In this document: in pieces, positions 54,113 through 62,758 of the stretch
Numbering within the stretch: the stretch's first letter is position 1
Layout: the number at the start of each line of letters is the position of its first letter
From: an uncultured Dehalococcoidia bacterium
Lineage (GTDB): Bacteria > Chloroflexota > Dehalococcoidia > Lucifugimonadales > UBA3495
Direction of reading: 5' to 3'
DNA: 64,000 nt
Assembly: GCA_964502995.1 (NCBI GenBank)
Contig: CAZCZB010000005.1
Coordinates: 39,540-103,539, forward strand
Position numbers and translations under genes: made by a program
Notes under the pieces: generated by a model
What the model saw: the letters and a program-made list of their open reading frames with translations, nothing else
Database searches by the model: none
Told to the model about the DNA's origin: nothing

Positions 54113-56773
54113 CTAATCCACCGCCAGGCCCTCCGCGTCCAGCACGGTTAGGCCGTGGCCGAGGTCTTGGAGGGGTTGTTCGATTTGTTGGCGGTCGCCC
54201 ACTACGAGGATGGTGAGGCGGTTGGGGTTCAGGTATTGGGCGCCGACGCGGTGGGTGTCGGGAAGAGCGACTGCGTTCAGGCGTTCCTCGAAGGTGCGGA
54301 AATGGTCGTCGGGCAGGTTGAATTGCGCCAGGGTGACAAGCTGTCCCAATATCTGGGCGGGACGCTCGAATCCTGCGGGATAGCCGAGGCGCAAACCGGT
54401 CTGGGCGTTGGTCAGTTCTTCGTCGGTCAAGGGGCGCTGCCCGCTGATGTCGGCGAACTCTTTCAACGTCTCGACCACGGCCTCGCGGGTAACTGCGGTT
54501 TGAACGCTGCCGCCGGCCGAGAGCAGCGACGCTGCGTTGTACCACGCTATGCCCGAGTTGTAGCCGTAGCTGTATCCCTTGTCCTGCCGCAGGTTCTGGT
54601 TCAGGCGGGCCGAGAACTGGCCGCCGAAGGCGTAGTTCAGCACCGACAGCGGCATGTAATCGGGGTGGCTGCGATCAACCAGTGGCATACCGGCGCGTAT
54701 CACCGACTGGGCGGCGCCGGGCTTGTCGATGAGGTAGATGCGGGGGCCGCTGCTGCCATCGGACACATCGCCGGCGGTAACACCGGACGCCGGTTTCGAC
54801 GGGGCGGCCCAATCACCGAAATGTTCCTGCGCTGCCGACATCGCATCGTCCAGCGTTATGTCGCCGGCCACGAGCAGGGAGAGGCGATCGGGCCGCATGG
54901 ATTCGGCGTGCCGCGCCACGAGGTCGGCGCGCTGGGCCGCCACAACGGACGCCTCGGTGCCCAGATTCGAGTGGCCGTAGGGCGAGCCGGGGCCAAAGAC
55001 CAGCGCGCCATAGTTTGAATCGGCCAGGAATCCGGCGTCGTCCCGGGCCCGGCGGAGGTCGGTGAGACGCTCGCGGCGCACGCGCTCCAGTTCATGCTCG
55101 GGGAAACTGGCGTTGCGGGCCACGTCGGCGGCCAGTCCCAAGGCGTGCCGCCAGTGCCGGTCGAGGGTCTCCGCAGTGAGCAGGGTGAGTTCCTTGCGGG
55201 CCTCGGTGGAGAGGCGGGATCCGATGTGCTCGAAGGCGGCGGAGATTTCCTGGCTGGTGCGGCCGGTGGTTCCCTCGTCCATCATGGTGGCTGTGAAGGA
55301 CGACAGGCCGGGCAGCGCGGCGGGATCTCCGGTTGCGCCGGCGCGGGCCACGAGGGCGAAGGACACCAGCGGGAGTCCCGGTTTGTTGGCGACGATGACC
55401 TCAATGCCGTTGTCCAGTCGGCCGCGTTGGGGAGTCGGCGGGACGAAGGACGGTGTCGGTCCGCCGTCGGGCTGCTGAGTGCGGTCAACAGACATTGTGG
55501 CGGTGGACAGCGGGCGCTCGGGATACACGCGCATCCGCACCTGGCCGCCGTCCATGATCCGGCGATGGACGCGCATCACGTCGTCGCGGGTCACCTTCCG
55601 GTAGTCGTCCATCACCGTGTTGAGGCGGTTGGGGTCGCCGGTGTAGGTGTTGAAGTAGTTGAGGGCGTCGGCGCGGCCGCCGAACCCGCCGACGCGGGAG
55701 AGCATGCGGTAGTGCTGCATTTCGATGCGGTTGATGGCGCGCTCGAACTCCTCTTCGGTGGGTGGTTCGGTGGCGATGCTGGCCAGAACTTCGTGGGCGG
55801 CCGCCTCTACCTCGTCCAGGGTGTGGCCCTCGGCGGGGGTGAGTTCCATGCGGAACTGGCCGGCGATTTCGGCGGCGTAGTAACTGACCGACGCCGACTG
55901 GGCGATCTGCTTTTCGTACACCAGCGAGCGGTACATGCGGCTGCTGTGGCCGTCGGACAGGATGGCGCGCAGTATGTCGCTGGCGTCATCGTCGCCGGAC
56001 AGGTTGGCGGGGGCGAGCCACACGGAATACTGGCGCGGCAGGGTGACGCGGTCGGTCATCTCCAGATCGACGCGGCCGGCCAGGGGCGAGTCGGCGCGGG
56101 CGATACGGCGCACCGCGGGGCCGGGGTCAAGGTCGGAAAAGTACCGCTGGGCCATATCCAATGCCTCGGCGGTGTCGATGTCGCCGGCGATGGCGAGGCT
56201 GGCGTTGGACGGCGAGTAGAAACGGCGGAAGAAGTCCATCACGTCGTCGAGGCTGGCAGCGTCCAGGTCTTCCTGGGAGCCGATGGTCATCCAGTGGTAG
56301 GGATGGGGCAGCGGGAAGAGCGATTGCTGGATGTGCCATTGGGCCATGCCGTAGGGGCGGTTCTCGTAACTCTGGCGGCGCTCGTTTTTGACCACGTCGC
56401 GCTCGGTGTCGAATCCCTCCTGATCGAGGGCATCGAGGAGGAATCCCATTCGGTCGGCCTCGAGCCAGAGGGCCATTTCCAGATAGTTGGACGGGACGTC
56501 TTCCCAGTAATTGGTGCGGTCTCCGGTGGTGGAGCCGTTGAGGGTGGCGCCGATCTTCTGGAGGGGCTCGAAGTGGCTGGCCTTGTGGTGCCGGGTGCCC
56601 CGGAACATGATGTGCTCGAAGAGGTGGGCGAACCCGGTGCGTCCGATCTCCTCGTCCTTGGAACCCACGTGGTACCAGACGTTGACGGCGGCCACGGGGA
56701 TGGAACGGTCCTGGTGGACGATCACGTCCAGACCGTTGGACAGGGTGTGTTTTTCAAAAGCGATGCCAGCCAT
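54113..56773 (-). CDS. M16 (pitrilysin/insulinase) family zinc peptidase, double-length
   Basis: The HxxEH motif appears in GFAHLFEHIMFRGT. The protein has four M16-type half-domains and is 886 aa. Confidence 0.85.
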   Translation of the reverse strand: MAGIAFEKHTLSNGLDVIVHQDRSIPVAAVNVWYHVGSKDEEIGRTGFAHLFEHIMFRGTRHHKASHFEPLQKIGATLNGSTTGDRTNYWEDVPSNYLEMALWLEADRMGFLLDALDQEGFDTERDVVKNERRQSYENRPYGMAQWHIQQSLFPLPHPYHWMTIGSQEDLDAASLDDVMDFFRRFYSPSNASLAIAGDIDTAEALDMAQRYFSDLDPGPAVRRIARADSPLAGRVDLEMTDRVTLPRQYSVWLAPANLSGDDDASDILRAILSDGHSSRMYRSLVYEKQIAQSASVSYYAAEIAGQFRMELTPAEGHTLDEVEAAAHEVLASIATEPPTEEEFERAINRIEMQHYRMLSRVGGFGGRADALNYFNTYTGDPNRLNTVMDDYRKVTRDDVMRVHRRIMDGGQVRMRVYPERPLSTATMSVDRTQQPDGGPTPSFVPPTPQRGRLDNGIEVIVANKPGLPLVSFALVARAGATGDPAALPGLSSFTATMMDEGTTGRTSQEISAAFEHIGSRLSTEARKELTLLTAETLDRHWRHALGLAADVARNASFPEHELERVRRERLTDLRRARDDAGFLADSNYGALVFGPGSPYGHSNLGTEASVVAAQRADLVARHAESMRPDRLSLLVAGDITLDDAMSAAQEHFGDWAAPSKPASGVTAGDVSDGSSGPRIYLIDKPGAAQSVIRAGMPLVDRSHPDYMPLSVLNYAFGGQFSARLNQNLRQDKGYSYGYNSGIAWYNAASLLSAGGSVQTAVTREAVVETLKEFADISGQRPLTDEELTNAQTGLRLGYPAGFERPAQILGQLVTLAQFNLPDDHFRTFEERLNAVALPDTHRVGAQYLNPNRLTILVVGDRQQIEQPLQDLGHGLTVLDAEGLAVD

Positions 56774-56825
56774 AAATCAGCGTTCCTTGAGGGTGTGATG
56801 CGGCCATTGTAGCACCGGGGGACCG

Positions 56826-57284
56826 GTGCGAATGTTGGGCCGGCACGATGTGGAGGTGTGCTATATTCGATTCGATTCGACGATTCCGAGGTTTCTCCCA
56901 GTGCTATACGAGGTTGAAGTGGTTGCCGACGGCAACAGTCCCATGGATCTGAACCGGGTTTTTGACCTGCTGACCGACCCTCGGCCGGTGCTGCGAATCA
57001 TTGCGCCGGACCCGATGGGGAACGACGTCTGGTGCGACGTGGCGGGTTGGGAGAACGGCGAGCCGTGTCCTGCGATGGCCGCGCTGTCGGAGGACTCGGG
57101 CGAGGGCGTCATTATGCTGATCTACGGGGGCGAGGACGGCATTCGCCTGAAGCCCGCCGAGGGATCAGGCGACTGGGACGGCGATTCCTCGGATCAGTGG
57201 GGCGAGGCATGCCTGATGCTGGGGAACGACGTGGAGATCGAGTACGCGCCGGCGGGTTGGGATTACGGGCAGCATCCGCATTGA
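56826..57284 (+). CDS. Hypothetical acidic protein (start uncertain, possibly GTG 56901)
   Basis: Strong third-position G+C bias. I recognise no family. Confidence 0.4.
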   Translation: MRMLGRHDVEVCYIRFDSTIPRFLPVLYEVEVVADGNSPMDLNRVFDLLTDPRPVLRIIAPDPMGNDVWCDVAGWENGEPCPAMAALSEDSGEGVIMLIYGGEDGIRLKPAEGSGDWDGDSSDQWGEACLMLGNDVEIEYAPAGWDYGQHPH

Positions 57285-57317
57285 CCAGTTGGGTGGTTTG
57301 TACGTACAGCATCCATG

Positions 57318-58925
57318 TTAGTTGGGGAGTATCTCCAGCTGTCCAACGACGGTCTCTCTGCCGACTGTTACGTGAACGCTGTATATTCCCGGCGCAACGT
57401 CTGGCACAATGATACCCTCGACCGTGGCGTTGCCGTTTCGGTCAGTGTTGATGACCGTATTGCCGAGGCGATTGCCTCCGGCGATGCTCACTGATGTCAC
57501 CAGCTCGAACACAGGCATACCGACCAGTTCAATGGTCACCAGTTCACCGGGCCGCGCCTGCTCAGGCATGATGGTAATGCCAGGAGCCGGATTGTCGGAG
57601 GTATCATGTTCATAAGGCAGTATTTCCAGTTGTGCAACCACCGCCTCTCCGCCAACCGCTACATGCACATTGTAATGTCCGGGTGCAGCAACAGGAACCA
57701 CAATGCCACCAACGGTGGCGTTGCCATCTCGGTCAGTGTTGATGACCGTATTGCCGAGGCGATTGGAACCGGCGATGCGCACCGATTCCACCAATGTAAA
57801 AACTGGCATATTGAACAGTCGAATGCTCAGAAAGTCCCCAGGCTGTGCCTGCTCCGGTGTGATGGTCATGCTGGGGGTTGGAGTTCTGAACGTAGCAGAT
57901 TTATAAATCCTTCCACGAGAGTCCTCAAAGACGACCTCTACGTAGTGCTGTCCTCCCAAGTTGATATCGGAACTGAGGCGGACCTGGTGTGTAAATCGGC
58001 CTGAGGTATCTATGGCCTCTGATCTATCTCTACCGTCTACAAATATACTAACCGCTCGTCCGGTTTCAAAGGTGGACATGGGCCAATTCTCGCCGTAGAT
58101 AGCGATGTAGTCGCGTGGTCCGGCTACTTCCGGAGTAATGGTTACAACGGGTTCAAGGATGGTGATCTCGGCCTCGCCTTCGAAGCCGGCGGAGTCCACT
58201 ACCTTGAGGGTGTGGACGCCGGCGACTAGCGCCGGATTGCTGCCGTTGCCGACGCTCCAGATGCGGGCTTCAAAAACGAACTGGCCGCTGCTGTCGATCC
58301 GAAGTTTGCCATTCGCTGTGCCGGTTAGGTCCACATCCAGCGGTTCGCCATCCAGAGTAATCTTACTCGCGTCGATGGTGGCAGCAGAGCCGAAGCCACT
58401 CCCCACGATGATGATGGACTCATTGGCGACTACGATGGTCTTGCTCAGTTGGAGGTGACCTGCTGCTGTGGTGGGCGTGTGGGGTGGGCAGACTTCGGTA
58501 CCTTGCTGTCCGGAAGTAGTTACCGCGTCTGACCAGGGAGTCCATGTTGGCGGAATGCCGCCGAAACGCTGGGCTTGCGCTCCTACGTTGACGTAGTATT
58601 CATCACCGGGTTCAAGGCCTCTGATCGTATGGCTGGTATAGATTCCCGTTATTGTGACGTATCGGAACGCGTCCAGCCAATTGCGGCCGTCGGACTGCAT
58701 CGCGCTGATATCGCTTTTGCTGATCCAGCCAACCGTATAGTAGTTGGTACCGGGCGCATTGTTCCAACTTACCCGCAGTTCGCCGGCGTTTTCGGTGGCA
58801 ACAACAGTGGGTGGATTCTGCACTGCCGGCTGAGCTGACGCCTTTCCAACGGCCAGGTTTGCTCCCGCCAACAGCACCGCTGCAATCAAGAGAGACGTTG
58901 CAGTAAGGACGATTCGCTTTTGCAT
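57318..58925 (-). CDS. Secreted multi-domain protein with an FN3-like domain and repeated Ig-like domains
   Basis: The signal peptide is MQKRIVLTATSLLIAAVLLAGANLAVGKASA. It contains ELRVSWNNAPGTNYYTVGW and two near-identical 97-aa repeats (...RIAGSNRLGNTVINTDRDGNATV...QLEILP). Confidence 0.6.
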   Translation of the reverse strand: MQKRIVLTATSLLIAAVLLAGANLAVGKASAQPAVQNPPTVVATENAGELRVSWNNAPGTNYYTVGWISKSDISAMQSDGRNWLDAFRYVTITGIYTSHTIRGLEPGDEYYVNVGAQAQRFGGIPPTWTPWSDAVTTSGQQGTEVCPPHTPTTAAGHLQLSKTIVVANESIIIVGSGFGSAATIDASKITLDGEPLDVDLTGTANGKLRIDSSGQFVFEARIWSVGNGSNPALVAGVHTLKVVDSAGFEGEAEITILEPVVTITPEVAGPRDYIAIYGENWPMSTFETGRAVSIFVDGRDRSEAIDTSGRFTHQVRLSSDINLGGQHYVEVVFEDSRGRIYKSATFRTPTPSMTITPEQAQPGDFLSIRLFNMPVFTLVESVRIAGSNRLGNTVINTDRDGNATVGGIVVPVAAPGHYNVHVAVGGEAVVAQLEILPYEHDTSDNPAPGITIMPEQARPGELVTIELVGMPVFELVTSVSIAGGNRLGNTVINTDRNGNATVEGIIVPDVAPGIYSVHVTVGRETVVGQLEILPN

Positions 58926-59032
58926 ACAGAACTTTCTTTTGTGCAAGCGGTAGAGGCACCTACGGATATCAGGGTTGCCGATTTACAGGGCCTTCTATCG
59001 ACAAGCGTGTCAGGAATGGCATTCTGGTTCGT

Positions 59033-60322
59033 CTATCCTGTGGTATGGAGAGTCGTCTCGTCGGGGGCGTCGGGCCAGGGTTCTTCGGTGAACTTGGGGT
59101 TGGCCGTGAGGGTTTCGAGGACGCCGGGGAGATCGCGGCGGTAACCGCCCTTGCCGTCCTTGCGGGGGCGCATGCGGGCGGACGGGCCGGTGTGCAGCAG
59201 TTGGAACGCCTCGTCGTCGGACGCGGGCGGGTTGTCGAGACATTCGTCCAGTTCGACGGCCACGATGTACACCCGGCGGGCGGCCGAGTCGGATTGGCGC
59301 TGCATGATCTCGCGGTACAGGCGCCAGCAGAGCGGACTTTCCAGGGCCTCGCCGGAGCAGAGCAGGGCGACGCGGTCGTAGTTGCGAAAGCGGCTCATGG
59401 GCGGTATGACCTGCGAGTTGTAGATGGTCTCCTCGTCGTCGGCCAGGAGGCTCCAGCATTGCAGGCCGCGCTGCCGAAGTTCGTCCTCCAGCCAGTTGAC
59501 GATATTGGAGTCCACGGTCGATCCGATGAGCAGAACGCGACGGTGGGGCGTTTCCTGCTGCAACAGGCTGGCGTGGCCGTTGATGAAATCGGGGGGCACT
59601 CCGGCCGAGCGCATGAACACCTCGGGCAGGGCGCCGCCGGACCGGGCAAGGGTATCGGCGCCCACGATGCTGGGCCCCTCGTGGCGCAGGGTTTCGAGGC
59701 ACAGCGCGGCGCTGAGGTCGCAGTCGGCGAAGAGGGTCATATCCACGAGACCGTCTTCGACTATGGTGCAGTCGAGGCGGGTGCGAACGAGGGAGGTTTG
59801 GCGCAGGTCGCAGCGGGTGAGGTTGGCGACGTCGAGGCAGGCGGCGTTGAGCCGGGCGCCGCTGAGGTTGGCGTCGGTGAGGTCGGACATGGTGAGGTCG
59901 GCTTCGGAGAGGTCGGCGCCGGCCAGGTTCGCCCCGACGAGGGTGGAGAAGGCGATGTCGCAGTTGGTGAGATTGGCGCCGCGCAGGTCGGCGTGGTTGA
60001 GGTTGCTGCCGCGCAGGTCGGAGCGGGTGAAGACGGCGCCGGAGGCCTGGGAATCCTCGAAACTGGCGCGGTTGAGGTTGCAGCGGGTGAGGTGGGCCTC
60101 GCGCATCCTGGCGCCGTTGAAGCGTCCGTGACGCAGGTCGGCGGAGGTGAGGTCGATCTGGGTGAGGTCGTCGAAGGAGAGATCGACGCCGGGCATTCTG
60201 ATGCCGCTCAGGTACGCGCCCGACAGATCGAGGTGGGCACGTTCCTGGAAGTGGGTGGCGCGCCAGCGAGCGATGGCGAAGGCGCGCCGCTTGGCAATGG
60301 CTATATGTTCCGGGTTGGCCAA
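59033..60322 (-). CDS. Pentapeptide-repeat protein with a C-terminal TIR-like domain
   Basis: About 200 aa of A(D/N)LxG-type pentapeptide repeats. This is followed by RRVLLIGSTVDSNIVNWLEDELRQRGLQCW...YDRVALLCSGEALESPLCWRLYREI, which has a TIR-like beta-alpha pattern with a W..x.E. Confidence 0.6.
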   Translation of the reverse strand: MANPEHIAIAKRRAFAIARWRATHFQERAHLDLSGAYLSGIRMPGVDLSFDDLTQIDLTSADLRHGRFNGARMREAHLTRCNLNRASFEDSQASGAVFTRSDLRGSNLNHADLRGANLTNCDIAFSTLVGANLAGADLSEADLTMSDLTDANLSGARLNAACLDVANLTRCDLRQTSLVRTRLDCTIVEDGLVDMTLFADCDLSAALCLETLRHEGPSIVGADTLARSGGALPEVFMRSAGVPPDFINGHASLLQQETPHRRVLLIGSTVDSNIVNWLEDELRQRGLQCWSLLADDEETIYNSQVIPPMSRFRNYDRVALLCSGEALESPLCWRLYREIMQRQSDSAARRVYIVAVELDECLDNPPASDDEAFQLLHTGPSARMRPRKDGKGGYRRDLPGVLETLTANPKFTEEPWPDAPDETTLHTTG

Positions 60323-60370
60323 CCCATTACCCCGCTCCGGGCGTTGCGTCTGATTTAATCATTCCCGGCT

Positions 60371-61549
60371 CTAATCGTTTCCGGCGACCAGGGCGGCCTC
60401 CCGCTCGGTGAACGCGGGCATGACCTCGGACGAGAAGATGGATAGCTGATCCTTGAACTCGCTCCAGGGCATTCCCTCGGGCCACTGGAGTACGATGTCC
60501 TCAAGTCCCGGGTACTTGGTTTCGATTTCGCGCAGGAAGTCGATGAAGTCGCCGGAGTTGCCGCAGAACCACGCCTTCTGGTCAACGCCATCCTCGACGC
60601 GAGGGGTGCGGGCCGGAGCGCCGGGGGTGCCCCAGGGGCGGCCCTGCTCGTCGGTGTAGCGGACGAATCCGAAGGGGGCGAACCACTTGTACCGCTCGTC
60701 GTGGAAGGGGCGGACGCGCTCGATGGCTTCCTCGCGGCTGCCGGCGATGTAGAAGCCGAAGCCGAGGGCCATGTCGCCGCCCAGGGGAATGTCGCGTCCG
60801 GCGCCAACTGCGGCGGCGTGGTACTGGGTGATCATCTGCTCGGCGTAGAGTTCGCCGGTGAGGGCGACCATTGCCTTGATGCCGCGCTCGGCGATGTAGT
60901 TGAGGGTGCGGCCGCTGGCGATGGGCTGCCAGATTTCGACGGGTTTGTTGACGGGCCGGGGCACCATGGTGATCTCTTCGAGATCGTAGCCGCGATAGGG
61001 AACGTTGGGCGGGATGGTGTAATACTTGCCCTGATGGCTCCAGGAATCCTCGTTGAACGCCTTGAGGATGACTTCCATCTGTTCGAGGAAGAGTTCGCGG
61101 TTGGCGTCGTTGTCGATGACCGGGGAGCCGAAGGTCTCGACTTCGCGGGAGTGGTAGCCGCGGCCGACGCCGAAGATCATGCGGCCGCCGGTGAGGATGT
61201 CGGCCATGGCAAAGTCCTCTGCGATGCGCAGGGGGTGCCACATGGGAATGATGTTGAAGGCCTGGCCGAACTTGAGGTTTTTAGTCTGGCCGGCGAGGTG
61301 GACGCCCATGAGGATGAGGTTGGGGATGCACTCGTAGCCCTCATGCTGGAAGTGGTGCTCGGCCATCCACATGCAGTAGAAACCGCGCTCGTCCATGTGC
61401 TGCGCCAACGCCTGGGCGTGGTCGTAAGCCTGCGCCAACTGCTCATTGGTGTAGCGCCGCTGGTCGGGTGGGGTGCCGTCCGCGCCCACGTTGTCCAGGT
61501 CAATCTGTCCGACGTACAAAACCGAAAACCGCTTAATCATCCAGCCCAT
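60371..61549 (-). CDS. LLM-class (luciferase-like) flavin-dependent oxidoreductase
   Basis: Contains MWMAEHHFQ...GQAFNIIPMWHPLRIAEDFAMADILTGGRMIFGVGRGY. Confidence 0.85.
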   Translation of the reverse strand: MGWMIKRFSVLYVGQIDLDNVGADGTPPDQRRYTNEQLAQAYDHAQALAQHMDERGFYCMWMAEHHFQHEGYECIPNLILMGVHLAGQTKNLKFGQAFNIIPMWHPLRIAEDFAMADILTGGRMIFGVGRGYHSREVETFGSPVIDNDANRELFLEQMEVILKAFNEDSWSHQGKYYTIPPNVPYRGYDLEEITMVPRPVNKPVEIWQPIASGRTLNYIAERGIKAMVALTGELYAEQMITQYHAAAVGAGRDIPLGGDMALGFGFYIAGSREEAIERVRPFHDERYKWFAPFGFVRYTDEQGRPWGTPGAPARTPRVEDGVDQKAWFCGNSGDFIDFLREIETKYPGLEDIVLQWPEGMPWSEFKDQLSIFSSEVMPAFTEREAALVAGND

Positions 61550-61616
61550 GCTCCGCTGTGATAAGAATTGGGGCAGATTATAGCATGGGGCCGGGGGTGG
61601 TTCGGGGTTTGTTTCT

Positions 61617-61675
61617 TTTACATCGATGTACAGGATGGGGTGGGTTTGTTTTTTTACATCGATGTACAGGATGGA
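61617..61675. promoter_or_regulatory. Two identical 23-bp direct repeats, each containing the 12-bp palindrome TACATCGATGTA; candidate operator pair upstream of the LLM gene
   Basis: ttttacatcgatgtacaggatgg lies at 61617-61639 and 61653-61675. The palindromes are at 61619-61630 and 61655-61666, 36 bp apart and 70-117 bp upstream of the ATG at 61549. Confidence 0.45.
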
Positions 61676-61737
61676 CGGGATGGGTTGGGGTTTTTGTATG
61701 GATGGGTGGTATTGATGGGGTTGATGGGGTTTTTGGT

Positions 61738-62307
61738 TTATTGGAGGATGTGGGGGACGTTTGGGTCGTTGTAGCCGAGGAGGCAGCCGGGGCAGTTGAG
61801 GGGGTGGTTGGCGTGGGCAGTGTCGCAGGGGCGGCCGAGGAGGGCGCGGAGTTCGCCCATGGTGGTAATCTGCGGCGTTGGGTCGGGTTGAGGCAGGCCG
61901 GGAGTTTCGGCGAGCAAGTCATCGATTGACATGGCGGCGGAATCGTCGGACATGGCGTATCGGATGGCGGCGGCGAGGCGGGATACGCGGCGGCGCAGGC
62001 GGCGCAGCATCCGTCGAGCGGCGTCGGCGGTGGAGTTTTGGACCGTTTCCAACGAACGGTACACCTGGGAGAAGGTGCGGACGTGGGAGTAGGCGATGCG
62101 CCGGGTGTACACCATTTCGGTCAGCACGGTGGTGAGTCTCCGACGGCTGTAGTGGGGTTGGCCTCCGTGGACGGCGGCGGCGGTTACGGCGTGGCTGGCG
62201 GAGCGGGCCAGGGCCTCGGCGGCGCGGTGGTGATCGCCGGCGGCGATGTTGCCGGGGACGAAGTCGAGGTAGCGTTGGCTGCGTTCGAGATGGTGGTTTG
62301 GGGTCAT
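61738..62307 (-). CDS. Hypothetical helical protein, possibly distantly PaREP1/HEPN-like
   Basis: A coherent ORF of 189 aa. AAGDHHRAAEALARSASHAVTAAAVHGGQPHYSRRRL echoes the GDxxQAxEKxWxA...H pattern of the 25191/25752 proteins. Confidence 0.4.
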   Translation of the reverse strand: MTPNHHLERSQRYLDFVPGNIAAGDHHRAAEALARSASHAVTAAAVHGGQPHYSRRRLTTVLTEMVYTRRIAYSHVRTFSQVYRSLETVQNSTADAARRMLRRLRRRVSRLAAAIRYAMSDDSAAMSIDDLLAETPGLPQPDPTPQITTMGELRALLGRPCDTAHANHPLNCPGCLLGYNDPNVPHILQ

Positions 62308-62398
62308 GGGGATGGTTTGCCTCCGTGGGCGGGCGTGGGGGGTTGGCCCGACGATGCGGGGTGTTGGGGTCCGTTGACGTTGGCGGGGCCGGGGGAGC

Positions 62399-62575
62399 GG
62401 GGCGAATGATTATTCGCCCCTACGCGGTGCGGGTCGGGGTCGGCCTCCGACGTTTGGGCACGAGTAAGGGGCCGGAGGCGGGGCGAATGATTATTCGCCC
62501 CTACGCGGTGAGGGTCGGGGTCGGCCACCGACGTTTGGGCACGGGTAAGGGGCCGGAGGCGGGGCGGACCGGGTG
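62399..62575. repeat. Tandem 81-bp repeat (2.2 copies); each unit starts with a REP family A palindrome
   Basis: Units at 62399-62479 and 62480-62560 differ at 3 of 81 positions. A third unit starts at 62561 and then diverges. Confidence 0.9.
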
Positions 62576-62595
62576 GCGGTGTGGTTGGCGAGGGT

Positions 62596-62621
62596 GGGGC
62601 AGGTTTGAAACCTGCCCCTAC
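62596..62621. repeat. REP family B copy
   Basis: ggggcaggtttgaaacctgcccctac. Confidence 0.85.
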
Positions 62622-62690
62622 GTGGTGAGGGAGGGTTGGACGGGCGCGATGGTTTGGCCCGGCGATGCGGGGGTTAGGCGGGCGTGATGG

Positions 62691-62758
62691 GTTGGCCCGA
62701 CGTGGGACGTTGGACGGGCGTGGCGGGTTGGCCCGGCGTGGGACGTTGGACGGGCGTG
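62691..62758. repeat. Tandem 36-bp repeat (2 copies)
   Basis: gttggcccgacgtgggacgttggacgggcgtg (62691-62722) and gttggcccggcgtgggacgttggacgggcgtg (62727-62758). Confidence 0.85.

Noticed and set aside
62399-62575. Possible CRISPR array (a 25-nt palindromic repeat recurring every 81 bp)
   Set aside because: The 56-bp segments between the palindromes are themselves nearly identical (3 mismatches per 81-bp unit), so there are no unique spacers. There are only about 2 copies and no cas genes. It is a tandem duplication containing a REP.
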